From assembly GCA_963715835.1 (NCBI GenBank), contig CAVQSH010000003.1, positions 25,918-89,917 of the forward strand: a stretch of DNA of 64,000 nt, in the 5' to 3' direction. Of this stretch, positions 1 to 9,117 are shown piece by piece. Positions within the stretch are counted from its first letter, which is position 1. Each line of letters starts with the position of its first letter. A model generated the notes under the pieces. It made no database searches, had not been told where the DNA came from, and was given only the letters and a program-made list of their open reading frames with translations. Source of the DNA: an uncultured Alphaproteobacteria bacterium. Lineage in GTDB: Bacteria > Pseudomonadota > Alphaproteobacteria > Rhodobacterales > Rhodobacteraceae. The translations under genes and the position numbers were made by a program.

Positions 1-1380
1 GTTGGTCAGATCAAGGCCGTGATCGAAGAACTGGCCAAAGATGGTCATGAAGCTGTTGAAGGATGCCCCTGCCCCCAGATCCGCCGCGATATTGCGGATG
101 AAGACGTTGTCGCCGTCCATCTCGATCCCGTGGCTGGCCACAAGCTCCAGCACGGCCTGATCTGCGGCATCAGCGGCGGCTACGGCGGCGGCGCTTGCGG
201 CGGGTCCGGTCGGGATGGCGTCACGCGCCGCGATGGCGGCATCCACATCGGCCTGCGCTGTGGCCTCGGCTGCGGCTGCCGTATTCACCGCGCTCTGCGC
301 CGCTGCCACATCGGCCTGCGCCGCGGTCACTGAGGCCTCGGTGCCGTCCAGCGCCGCCTGAAGACCCGACAGGGTGGACAGTTCCGCGATCAAGGTCTGG
401 TTCGCAGTGGTATAGGCGGTGCTGGCCAAGGTAGCCGCCGCGACCGCGTCCTCATGCGCGTCTTCGGCCTGCAGGAAGGCGATATTGGCATCCGCCGTCA
501 CTTCGCGCGCGTCGATATAGGCCTGAAGGTTCGCAGGCGTCGGATCGGCATCAAAGGCCGCCAGCGCCGCAGCTTCGGCTTGCTGCGCCAGCGCGCGCTG
601 CGCGGTGGCGAGGTTCAGCGCGGTCAGCGCAGCCGTTTCTGCCGCGTCCGCCGCGACACTGGCCGCCATGGCCGTATCGGCATCGGCCTGCGCGGTGGCC
701 ACGACCCCCTGCTGCGCGGTAATCGCCGCCTGGGCGCCCGACTGCCCGGCCAGCGCCGCCGTCAGCACATCCTGTGCCGCCGTCAGCGCGTCCTGCGCGG
801 AAACCAATTCCGCCGCCGCAAGGGTCAGCGCGGCCCCTGCCGCATCGACCTCAAGCTGCGCCGCATCATAAAGCGCCTGATAGGCCGCTTCTGCGTCATC
901 GACCGCAGCCCGTGCATCGCGGGCGACCTGTTGCGCCGCCATGATCTCACGCACGATGGTCAATTGCGCCGCACCCGTGATCCCCAGCGAGGCCAGAGCC
1001 CCGGCGATCGCGGCCGGGTTGTTCAGCGACTGATCCGCCACAAGGTTCGAGATCACACGCGGCTGGGAATCGTAGACCGACCCGCTTGTTTGCTCATAGC
1101 TGGTCGGGTTTCCGGTCCGGTCGGGTTCTGCCGGATTGAAGACCGGGGTCAGAAGCCGCTGCATGACTTCGTCGGATGCCCCGAAACGCTCCATGCCGGG
1201 CTGGAAGTTGTTGAAGCTGCCATCGACCGTGCGCAGGCCGAACGGCACCAGCGGGCTGGTGACCAGTTGCGCCAAAGCTGCGCCCGGATCAACGCCTTCG
1301 GCGATCAGGCGGGAATGTTCTTCAGCAATGCGGATCTGCTCCAGGATGTGGGCAAGATCGTTGGTGTTCAGATGGACCAT
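1..1380 (-). CDS. Bacterial animal-type heme peroxidase (peroxidase-cyclooxygenase superfamily), N-terminal 460 aa; runs off the window edge
   Basis: Absent from the ORF track because it has no stop in the window. Manual translation: AGGAG RBS then ATG at 1380, MVHLNTNDLAHILEQIRIAEEH...GLRTVDGSFNN...DSQPRVISNLVADQ...FNSFMTIFGQFFDHGLDLTN. Open in one frame for 460 codons; RTxDGxxNN and distal GQFxDHxxD motifs present. Confidence 0.9.
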   Translation of the reverse strand, partial: MVHLNTNDLAHILEQIRIAEEHSRLIAEGVDPGAALAQLVTSPLVPFGLRTVDGSFNNFQPGMERFGASDEVMQRLLTPVFNPAEPDRTGNPTSYEQTSGSVYDSQPRVISNLVADQSLNNPAAIAGALASLGITGAAQLTIVREIMAAQQVARDARAAVDDAEAAYQALYDAAQLEVDAAGAALTLAAAELVSAQDALTAAQDVLTAALAGQSGAQAAITAQQGVVATAQADADTAMAASVAADAAETAALTALNLATAQRALAQQAEAAALAAFDADPTPANLQAYIDAREVTADANIAFLQAEDAHEDAVAAATLASTAYTTANQTLIAELSTLSGLQAALDGTEASVTAAQADVAAAQSAVNTAAAAEATAQADVDAAIAARDAIPTGPAASAAAVAAADAADQAVLELVASHGIEMDGDNVFIRNIAADLGAGASFNSFMTIFGQFFDHGLDLTN

Positions 1381-1472
1381 GGGATCGTCTCCTGACTGGG
1401 GCACCTTTGACGAGGCCGTATCGGTGCGTTGTGCAATTCAAGGAACGGCAAATTTCCGCCGCTTTTCGGACA

Positions 1473-1598
1473 ATATTCTGCCTACCGATGGTCATGCGCA
1501 GACCGATCCATTACGAATCCTAAGGTCTGACGATATTCTGGCCCAAAGGCCGAATCGCCATTAGACCAAGGTCAGGGCAGAGTTGGACAAAGGTCCAA
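1473..1598. promoter_or_regulatory. Phased operator array between the peroxidase and the divergent response regulator
   Basis: AAGG(T/C)C at 1522, 1546, 1568 and 1590 (24/22/22-bp spacing); palindrome TTGGAC-AAAG-GTCCAA at 1583-1598; ATATTCTG at 1473 and 1533. Confidence 0.6.
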
Positions 1599-1917
1599 AA
1601 GTTCGTAAAAAAGTTGATTTTTTAGCCAAAGCACACCCTCCGATTGCATTTCATGCTGATCGGTGAAGGAAGTCGCTCGCGGGTTTGGACGACCATCAGC
1701 GCATAGGGGCTTTGCCGCAGGATTCCTATATAATCTGAATAATTTCAAATACTTGAAACGCGAATCTGCGGGCAGACTTGGGTTTCCATTTGGGAAACAC
1801 TCTGTTGACCCTAGCGATCATCGAATAAAAAGATTCGCGCCTTAAGGGAATTACGGCATCAATTGGACCCGGGGGCCTACCAGCCAATCACGGATTTTGG
1901 CTTGGGGGAGTTTTGTA

Positions 1918-2580
1918 ATGAGAAAATGTCGTATTGGACTTGTAGATGATCACCCGATTGTTTTGTCGGGACTGGAAGATTTGATTCAGAAAACCGGCAA
2001 GTACGATGTTGTTGCCACGGGACGGTCTTCGGATGATGCACTTCTGATTGCACGCAGGCATGATCCCGACCTCATGGTCATGGACCTGCAAATGCCGGGC
2101 GATGTCCCGGCGTCGATCATGGAGATCACGCGCAAAAGCGATGGCCCGCGTGTTCTGGTCTTCACGGCATCGAACCGCCTTGAGGATTGCACTCAAGCGA
2201 TGAGCAATGGCGCCATGGGGTATGTGGTGAAAGGCAGCTCGGGAGGCGAGTTGTTTCACGCCCTGGATTCGCTGGCCTTGGGCGAGGAATATGTCTCGCC
2301 TTGCATCGCCCTCAAGATGATGCGCGAGTCCCGCAATCCCCGGAAGGAAAACAACGCAGCCTCAAGCGTAAATCTTTCGCATCGCGAGGATCAGATCATG
2401 GCGCACCTGATGAATGGCGCGTCCAATAAAGAGATCGCAGAAAAGCTCGAGCTATCGGAAAAGACTGTGAAATATTACATGACTCAGATCATGCAGAAAT
2501 TCAACGTCAGCAATCGTCTCTCGGTTGTGATTGCCGCGCAGAAGGCGGAATGGTGCACAAACAATGGCAAGGCTGTCTAG
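1918..2580 (+). CDS. NarL/FixJ-family response regulator (REC + LuxR HTH)
   Basis: VDDHPIV, VMDLQMP (phosphoacceptor D), LSHREDQI..GASNKEIAEKLELSEKTVKYY; ATG at 1918 after GGAG. Confidence 0.92.
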   Translation: MRKCRIGLVDDHPIVLSGLEDLIQKTGKYDVVATGRSSDDALLIARRHDPDLMVMDLQMPGDVPASIMEITRKSDGPRVLVFTASNRLEDCTQAMSNGAMGYVVKGSSGGELFHALDSLALGEEYVSPCIALKMMRESRNPRKENNAASSVNLSHREDQIMAHLMNGASNKEIAEKLELSEKTVKYYMTQIMQKFNVSNRLSVVIAAQKAEWCTNNGKAV

Positions 2581-2734
2581 AAACAGCCCTCGTCCTCGCC
2601 ACGCATACACACCATGATCGCAACTGAACTAGGCCGGACTTTGTGAAGGCCATTCCACAGGGATCTTGGGCATATCGCACACAGCCGATGAAGCCTTGAG
2701 AAGCGCTGCCTGCGCTATGTTCATGCACAGCGCC

Positions 2735-3391
2735 CTACTTGCCGTTGCGCTGGTCGTTCGTGTGCGTCAGCCCCAACCGGGTGGCGTGCCAGGATGCCTC
2801 GGCGCGGGATGAGATCCCCAGTTTGCGATAGACCGACTTGATGTAGCTCGCGACGGTGGTTGGCGCGAGGGCAAGGGTCTCGGCAACTTCGGCATTGCGC
2901 AGGCCCCGCGCAATCAGGGAAAGCACCGCCGTTTCGCGCTCTGTCAACTGACCTTCGGGCACATGGGCGGGGCCGGTCAGGCTGAAATGCTCCATGATCC
3001 GCCGCGCGATCGACGGCGACAGCGCGGGCAAACCCATCTGGATCTGCGACAACTGCCGCACCAGTATCCCGGCGGGGTTCTCCTTCAGCAAATAACCCAT
3101 GGCACCTGCCGACAGTGCCCCCACGACGCTTGCATCATCTCCCATCACGGTCGTCACCACGCATATCGTCGGCGCGCCGCTTTTGCGGATCTGGTGCAGC
3201 AGATCAAGCCCCGAGCCGTCCGGCAGACCCAGATCGATCAGCGCCAGGTCGCAGGGCGGCTGCAACAAACCGCGCGCCATGCGCAGGGTCTCGGCGGTGA
3301 TGACCTTGGCCTCGGGAAAGGCCTCGGCGACGATCCCCGCCAGCCAGCGGCGCGTCTCGGCCACATCCTCGACAATCAGGACCCGCATCAT
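2735..3391 (-). CDS. NarL-family response regulator
   Basis: VLIVED, LIDLGLPDGSG, LTERETAVL..GLRNAEVA; overlaps the end of the kinase gene. Confidence 0.93.
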   Translation of the reverse strand: MMRVLIVEDVAETRRWLAGIVAEAFPEAKVITAETLRMARGLLQPPCDLALIDLGLPDGSGLDLLHQIRKSGAPTICVVTTVMGDDASVVGALSAGAMGYLLKENPAGILVRQLSQIQMGLPALSPSIARRIMEHFSLTGPAHVPEGQLTERETAVLSLIARGLRNAEVAETLALAPTTVASYIKSVYRKLGISSRAEASWHATRLGLTHTNDQRNGK

Positions 3392-5643
3392 CCCGCCGCC
3401 CGCCCGGTCTGCATCGCAGGCATGCGTTCGCAGGAAACCGGCAAGAGGGCCTTCACGCTGGTGCCCTCGGGGCTGCGGATCAACCGGAAGGTGCCGCCAC
3501 AGGCCTCGATCCGGTGACGCATGTTCGCCAGACCGCTGCCGTTGCTGCGCCAGGCTTCGGGTGGCGCGCGGCCATCATCCGCAATCACGATGGACAGGCT
3601 CAGGGGATGTGCGTCCCCTGCCCCGCGCGCCGTGTCTGCGGATATCTCGATGCGGGCCAGGGCGGCCCCGGAATGGCGCAGGATATTGCTCGTGCTTTCA
3701 CGCAGCAGCCCCCGCAGCGTCTGCGCCACAAGCGGCTCCAGCGCGATGGCGGGCGCGTCGGCATCGGTCAGGCCATGGTCCTGCCACAGCAGCCTGATCC
3801 CCGCCGCGTCCAGATGCTCGCCCAGTTCACCGCGCAAATCGCCAAGCAGCCCGGACAGCACTGCGCCCTCCGCCGCTGGCCGCGAGATGATCTGCCGCAA
3901 ATCCGCGAGCGTCTGCCGGATCAGGCTGTCCTTGCGCTCCCGATCAGGGGAATGCAGCGCTCCCAGCAGTTGAACCCCCAGATTGTCGTGCATGTCCCTG
4001 TTGATCCGCGACCGCTCCATCTCGACCGCCTGATCGCGCTCGCGCTGCCGGGCGATGGTGCGATCCAGCATGCGGATCACAAGGCTGGCCATCCGCTGAT
4101 CCTGCCGGGTGAACAGACGCCGCCCCTGCCCGGCCCACCAAAGCCGCCGCCCCGCCATGCCGTGCGGCATCGGAATTTCAAGCGCTTCCCCGGCGTCCAC
4201 AAGGCGGGCCGCGTCTCCGGCGGCCTGGCATTCCTCGATGCTCAGGGGATCGAACAACCGTTGCAAAAGCGTATTCAGCGCGCGGGTGCGATCCTGTGAC
4301 CCGTTGGCCAGCGTCACCTCGGTGACCAGGGCAAAAAGCTCCTCGCGCCCGAAGTCCCGGTCGCGTCTGACCCAACGCCCGATGGTGTCGCGCATCGGCA
4401 GGTAGATCAGCCCGACCAGCGCCAGGGACAAGCCAAGCGCCGGGGCACGGTCAAGCGACATTGTGAAAATCAACAGCGCGTCCAAGGCCAGAAGCAGCAC
4501 GACGCCGCCGATGTGGAACAGGATGCGAAAGGACCATTCGGACAGATCGAACAGCCGATAGCGGGCGATCCCCATGGCCAGACCTGCGAAGATCACAAGA
4601 AAGAACAGAAAGGCATGGCCCTGGGACAATGCCGGCGTGCCTCCCATCAGGATCGGCAGGGTCACGGTCAGGCCGAACCCGCCCGCCCCGAGCAGCACGG
4701 CCAGCCCGAACCAGCCCAGCATGGCCCGCGCCGTCGGGTTCGTGCGGTTCACGAAGACCTGCGCAAGGATGGTCACCAGCAGGATCAACATCGCCAGCGC
4801 AATCGCCAACTGCCGGTTCTGCAACGCGGCAGGCCATTCGAGGCAGATCGCCAGAATCCAGCCCCCGAACAGGGCCGCGACCGCCAGTTGCACCCAGGCC
4901 GAGACCAGAGGCTTGGGATAGACGAGGAACAGGTTGATCATCCCTATCCCGAAAACAATCGTGCCCGTAAAATTAAGACGCGACAACAGAAGGAACGTAT
5001 CGCCCGCCAAGGCCAGTTCGCGCGTGCTGTAGACAGCAGCGGCCTGGGCCGCCAGCAAAAGCCCGGCCCCGGCCAGCAGGAAATACTGCACCGCCAGATC
5101 ATGCCGTCGCAGCGCCAGCACCCACCCGGCGAGAACGATGCCGGTCAGACCGACACCGACCTGGATCCAGAAGACCGCAGGCAATGACGCCAGCGGCCGC
5201 CACGGCGCAGGCTGCAACAGATGCGCCGCTGTCGCCTGCGCGTCCGGGGCGGCAGTCGCAACGCGCACCACAACCGGCCCCTGCGCGAGGATCGCCGCGA
5301 TCCGGCCCTGGCGATCCATGAAACTGCCAAAGCTCCGCGCATCAGGCAAAGTGTCAGGCTCTTCAATCCTGTCCTGCGGCCTCAGACTCAGGGCCCAGGG
5401 ATCGGGCGCATCGGCATTGCGTATCTCAAGCAACCGGTCCCCCGGAGAAAGCAGGCCTGTCGCAGGCCCATCCGCAGCCACCTTCAAGACAAGGACGCCC
5501 TGCCCCGGCGCGTCCGTCAGGTTCAGCCCCAACCACGGCTGGTGGAGCGAGGTCGAGATTGCAAGCCCTGTCGAAACCAAACCCAACACAAGGGTGAACA
5601 CAACCACGAGGATGGGCGAGGTTTTTTGCAGCAAGCTTTTCAT
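3388..5643 (-). CDS. Membrane sensor histidine kinase (periplasmic PDZ-like domain, multiple TM helices, HisKA_3 + HATPase)
   Basis: PWLGLNL..GVLVLKVAADGPA..LSPGDRLLEI (PDZ-like); ERSRINRDMHDNLG H-box; ESTSNILRHS, DDG, GSGLANM. Start taken at MKSLLQK. Confidence 0.9.
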   Translation of the reverse strand: MKSLLQKTSPILVVVFTLVLGLVSTGLAISTSLHQPWLGLNLTDAPGQGVLVLKVAADGPATGLLSPGDRLLEIRNADAPDPWALSLRPQDRIEEPDTLPDARSFGSFMDRQGRIAAILAQGPVVVRVATAAPDAQATAAHLLQPAPWRPLASLPAVFWIQVGVGLTGIVLAGWVLALRRHDLAVQYFLLAGAGLLLAAQAAAVYSTRELALAGDTFLLLSRLNFTGTIVFGIGMINLFLVYPKPLVSAWVQLAVAALFGGWILAICLEWPAALQNRQLAIALAMLILLVTILAQVFVNRTNPTARAMLGWFGLAVLLGAGGFGLTVTLPILMGGTPALSQGHAFLFFLVIFAGLAMGIARYRLFDLSEWSFRILFHIGGVVLLLALDALLIFTMSLDRAPALGLSLALVGLIYLPMRDTIGRWVRRDRDFGREELFALVTEVTLANGSQDRTRALNTLLQRLFDPLSIEECQAAGDAARLVDAGEALEIPMPHGMAGRRLWWAGQGRRLFTRQDQRMASLVIRMLDRTIARQRERDQAVEMERSRINRDMHDNLGVQLLGALHSPDRERKDSLIRQTLADLRQIISRPAAEGAVLSGLLGDLRGELGEHLDAAGIRLLWQDHGLTDADAPAIALEPLVAQTLRGLLRESTSNILRHSGAALARIEISADTARGAGDAHPLSLSIVIADDGRAPPEAWRSNGSGLANMRHRIEACGGTFRLIRSPEGTSVKALLPVSCERMPAMQTGRAAG

Positions 5644-5708
5644 GAATTGTCCGTGAAACACGCAACGATCAATACTCCACCTTAGAGTGATCTTTTGATC
5701 CCTGCCTA

Positions 5709-5722
5709 CCCCTGAACAGGGG
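5709..5722. promoter_or_regulatory. Palindrome CCCCTG-AA-CAGGGG, probable NarL-type regulator site
   Basis: Perfect inverted repeat in the 142-bp divergent gap between the kinase and the lipoprotein genes. Confidence 0.5.
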
Positions 5723-5785
5723 GAAGACAGGTCGAAGCGCGACAATCCATACCATGATCACCTTTTTGCAACGGAGATCCAGAAA

Positions 5786-6457
5786 ATGATTGATTCCAGA
5801 TACATGCGTTTCGGCCTGCTCTTGCTGGTCAGCACTGCGGTCGCAGGCTGCTTTGGCAACAGCAACGGAACTGCAAGCACCAGCGGCGCCCCTGGTGCAT
5901 CCGGGTATCAGGCCGAATTCGACCGGGTCAGCGCGATCGCGCCGACCTCGGACATGCCTACGGCCATTCAGGCCACCTATGCGGGCCAGATGCGTGCCGA
6001 TGTCACCGACGCCTCGGCCGTGGTCGGCGAGGTCGTGGCGGACCTGAACCTTGATGTCGATTGGACCGACGGGCAGACGGCCAACCCGTTCAGCGGAACG
6101 GCCTCGAACTTCCAGGGTCGACTGTCGGGGGGCGATTTCCAGGCCATCGACGGCACGCTGACGGTCGATCCGGCCTTCCCCGGAACGATTTCACGGACCG
6201 TGATCCCCAGCAGCACCGTCGGTGGCTTCACCATCCCCGAAGTGCAGACCGGCGCGATGAACGTGGCGTTGTCCGGACAACTGACCCAGGGAACCGATAC
6301 CGCCGACACCACCGTGACACTGGGCGGCAGCTTCCTGGGTGCCGGGGCCAGCGCGGCCATCGGGGCTGTTTCGGGCGGTTTCAGCAACGCAGCCGCACCC
6401 GGCCCTTCCATCTTTGACGGCGGTATCGGCGGCACCTACTACCTCGAACGCCAGTGA
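5786..6457 (+). CDS. Surface lipoprotein with predicted TbpB-like beta-barrel (Slam substrate)
   Basis: Lipobox VAG-C, Gly/Ser linker, ATYAG, GSFLGAGASAAIGAVSG, C-terminal GTYYLERQ; directly upstream of the Slam gene. Confidence 0.75.
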   Translation: MIDSRYMRFGLLLLVSTAVAGCFGNSNGTASTSGAPGASGYQAEFDRVSAIAPTSDMPTAIQATYAGQMRADVTDASAVVGEVVADLNLDVDWTDGQTANPFSGTASNFQGRLSGGDFQAIDGTLTVDPAFPGTISRTVIPSSTVGGFTIPEVQTGAMNVALSGQLTQGTDTADTTVTLGGSFLGAGASAAIGAVSGGFSNAAAPGPSIFDGGIGGTYYLERQ

Positions 6458-7824
6458 TGCCCCGCGGCAAGGCCTTTGCCATCCGCCACACAAAGGGCCG
6501 TAACCTCCGCCTTTTGTGCGTCGCGGCATGTCTGGCGCTTTGCCTTGCCCTGCCCCTGCCGCGCATGGCGGGGGCAGATGCAACCCCGGCGGCGCAGATC
6601 ATCCGACAGGCCGAGGCACAGATCGTCAACGGGGCAGCCCCTGAGGGGATTGCCGCACTGACCACATTGGGCCCGCAACCCGACGCGACGCTTGAGCAGC
6701 GCAGGCTCTGGGCGCTGGCCATGGCGCAGGCGCGCGCCGACCGCCCCCGCGCGGCGCTGCCCCACCTTGACCGGCTGGTGTCGCTTGACCCCAAGAACCC
6801 GACCTACCGCCTGGAACTGGCGGCAGCCCTTGACCGCGCGGGGCAGACCGACAGGGCGCGCTATCACTATGATCTTGCCCAGGGGGCCGGTCTCGATCCC
6901 GATCTGGGTCAGGAAATCGCACGCCGCATCGACCGGATCGACCGCAGCAAATTCTGGGAGGGCAACTTTGCCATCGCCCTCACCCCGGAAAGCAATGCCG
7001 CGCGACGCACGGCGGCGGATACGATCTTTATCGGCAACCTGCCCTTCCGCCTGCGCCCCGAAGCGCAGGCCAAGGCCGCGCAGGGCCTGAAAATCGACCT
7101 CGGCATCGCCGCGCTGCCCAAACTCGGCCCTGACCTGCGCGCTCGTCTCGGCCTTTCGACCGAAGCCCGCCTTTTCGAGGGTTCGACACCAGATGATATC
7201 CAGACCACAGCCGAACTGGGTCTGGTTCACCTCGGAGACCGCAGCCGCCGTATCGGCACAGGCCTCCTGCTGAGCAAACGCTGGATCGACGGCGCCGATT
7301 ATGCCCGTTCCCACGGCGGGTTCCTGACATGGAGCCGCTCGCTGGGGATGGCGGCCCGCAGCAGCATGGCCGTCACGCTTCTGCGCGATGTCACCGACTA
7401 CGACGGCGCGCCCTTTCGCCAGACGACCCGCACGCTTGGCGCCCTGCGCCTCACGCATCTTGCGTCCAGCCAGATGCAACTCCGCCTTGGCCTGTCGCTT
7501 GAACGCAGCGACAGTCGGCTGCCATGGGAAAGCGGGGACCGCGCCAGTTTCAGCATCGGAGCACAATATGCCTTTCGCGGCGGCATTCTGGCCGATCTGG
7601 AACTGTCCACCGGGACGCTGACCCGCGATGCCACCGACCCTTTCTTCGGGGTAAGGCGCAAGGATGATCGCCATATCGCACAGATCCGGCTGACACATCG
7701 CGACTGGACGCTGGGCGGCTTTGCCCCTGTTCTGGAGCTGGGGCTGGAAAAGCAGCGGTCCAGCAACAGCATCTACAGCTATGACAACACCCGCGCGGCC
7801 ATCGGCCTGACCCGCCGTTTCTGA
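6454..7824 (+). CDS. Slam-family outer-membrane translocon (TPR + DUF560 beta-barrel)
   Basis: Signal peptide, TPR-like YRLELAAAL..ARYHY, PESNAARRT, DPFFGVRRKD, SSNSIYSY and C-terminal GLTRRF. Confidence 0.85.
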   Translation: MMPRGKAFAIRHTKGRNLRLLCVAACLALCLALPLPRMAGADATPAAQIIRQAEAQIVNGAAPEGIAALTTLGPQPDATLEQRRLWALAMAQARADRPRAALPHLDRLVSLDPKNPTYRLELAAALDRAGQTDRARYHYDLAQGAGLDPDLGQEIARRIDRIDRSKFWEGNFAIALTPESNAARRTAADTIFIGNLPFRLRPEAQAKAAQGLKIDLGIAALPKLGPDLRARLGLSTEARLFEGSTPDDIQTTAELGLVHLGDRSRRIGTGLLLSKRWIDGADYARSHGGFLTWSRSLGMAARSSMAVTLLRDVTDYDGAPFRQTTRTLGALRLTHLASSQMQLRLGLSLERSDSRLPWESGDRASFSIGAQYAFRGGILADLELSTGTLTRDATDPFFGVRRKDDRHIAQIRLTHRDWTLGGFAPVLELGLEKQRSSNSIYSYDNTRAAIGLTRRF

Positions 7825-8027
7825 TCCCGGACGGCACCGCGCCGGTGCGTGCAACGGTCCGCCTGCTGCAATCGAGCAGGCTCCCAAAGGGTCGCGTCGA
7901 CCCGATCGCAGAACCCTGACCCGGCCTCAGCCCATGGTCTGATGTGTGCGTCAGTGCAGCGTGGGGTTTGTACGCACACCAGTTCTGATTTGGGCTCGTC
8001 GGGTGTCGAAGCGAACGCCGGGTGGTC

Positions 8028-8933
8028 TCAGGGGCCGAGGACCCACAGCACCGCTGGAATCGTGGCGATGGCGGCAATGGTCTGCGAGGTGACGATGCCT
8101 GCCATCAACGTGCCGTCGCCGTTCAGTTGCCGGGTCAACACATAGGCCGTCGGCGCGGTGGGGATGGCCGAGAACACGATCAGCACCAATGCCTCGACCC
8201 CGGAGAGGCCGAAGGCGCGCGCGATGAGCGCTGCAAGCAGGGGCATCAGCACGAGGCGCAGGGCGGCGATTGCCCCAAGCATCAGACCGTCGCGGCGCAG
8301 GGCGGCAGGTTGCAGGGCGGCCCCGACACAGAGCAGGCCAAGCGGCAGGCTGGCCTGCGCCAGAAGATCAAGGAAACGGCCGGTGCCGAACGGCAGGCCC
8401 CATCCGGTCAGCGCCAGTGTGATGCCCCCAAGACAGGCTAGGATCAGCGGGTTGCGCGCCATGGTGCGCAGCAAGGCAAGGGGCGTGCGCGCCTTGCCCG
8501 CCTCGGTCAGGGCCATGATCGACAGCAGGTTGACCAGGGGCACGGCGATGGCAAGGTAAAGCGCCGCGCGTTCGATCCCGGCAGGTCCCGCCAGCGTGGC
8601 AAGGATGGCCAGCCCCAGATAGGTGTTGAAGCGCACCGTGCCTTGCAGCAACGGGCCGAAGCGCGCGGCGGGCATGGGGATGGCGCGGCGGGCCAGGGAC
8701 AGGGCAATCGCGGCGATGAGGATGATGACGACGGCCGTGCCGCCCAGACGCAGCACCTGTGGGTCGCGCACCGGGGCGTCGGCCAGACTGCTGACCAGAA
8801 GGGCCGGGAACAGCAGGAAATAGTTGATCCGTTCGGCGGCGGGCCAGAAACCGGGATCGGGAAAGCCACGCTGAAACAGGAGATAGCCAAGGCAGATCAG
8901 CGCGAAAAGGGGCCAGATGGTGAAGAAAAGCAA
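8028..8933 (-). CDS. AEC (auxin efflux carrier / MdcF-like) family transporter
   Basis: AERINYFLLFPALL, RFNTYLG, NPLILAC, PTAPTAYVLTRQLNGD; TTG start with GAGAG RBS. Confidence 0.88.
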   Translation of the reverse strand: MLFFTIWPLFALICLGYLLFQRGFPDPGFWPAAERINYFLLFPALLVSSLADAPVRDPQVLRLGGTAVVIILIAAIALSLARRAIPMPAARFGPLLQGTVRFNTYLGLAILATLAGPAGIERAALYLAIAVPLVNLLSIMALTEAGKARTPLALLRTMARNPLILACLGGITLALTGWGLPFGTGRFLDLLAQASLPLGLLCVGAALQPAALRRDGLMLGAIAALRLVLMPLLAALIARAFGLSGVEALVLIVFSAIPTAPTAYVLTRQLNGDGTLMAGIVTSQTIAAIATIPAVLWVLGP

Positions 8934-9117
8934 TGTGATATCTCTCGGCTCTGTCCTGTTTGGACAGGGTGTCGCGCGGGTGTCGTTGCACGACCCGTTA
9001 AAGACCCAAGCGCGGAAAGGGGCAAGCGGATTGCTGGGGTGTTTGACCCTGAGGTCCCGTTGACGTCCGGCTCTATCGCCCCGTCCCGCCGTGCCCGGCG
9101 CGCGCTGTCGGGGCCGC

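Noticed and set aside
454-1395. 313-aa plus-strand Arg-rich ORF
   Set aside because: Shadow of the minus-strand peroxidase, which the ORF track missed because it lacks a stop in the window.
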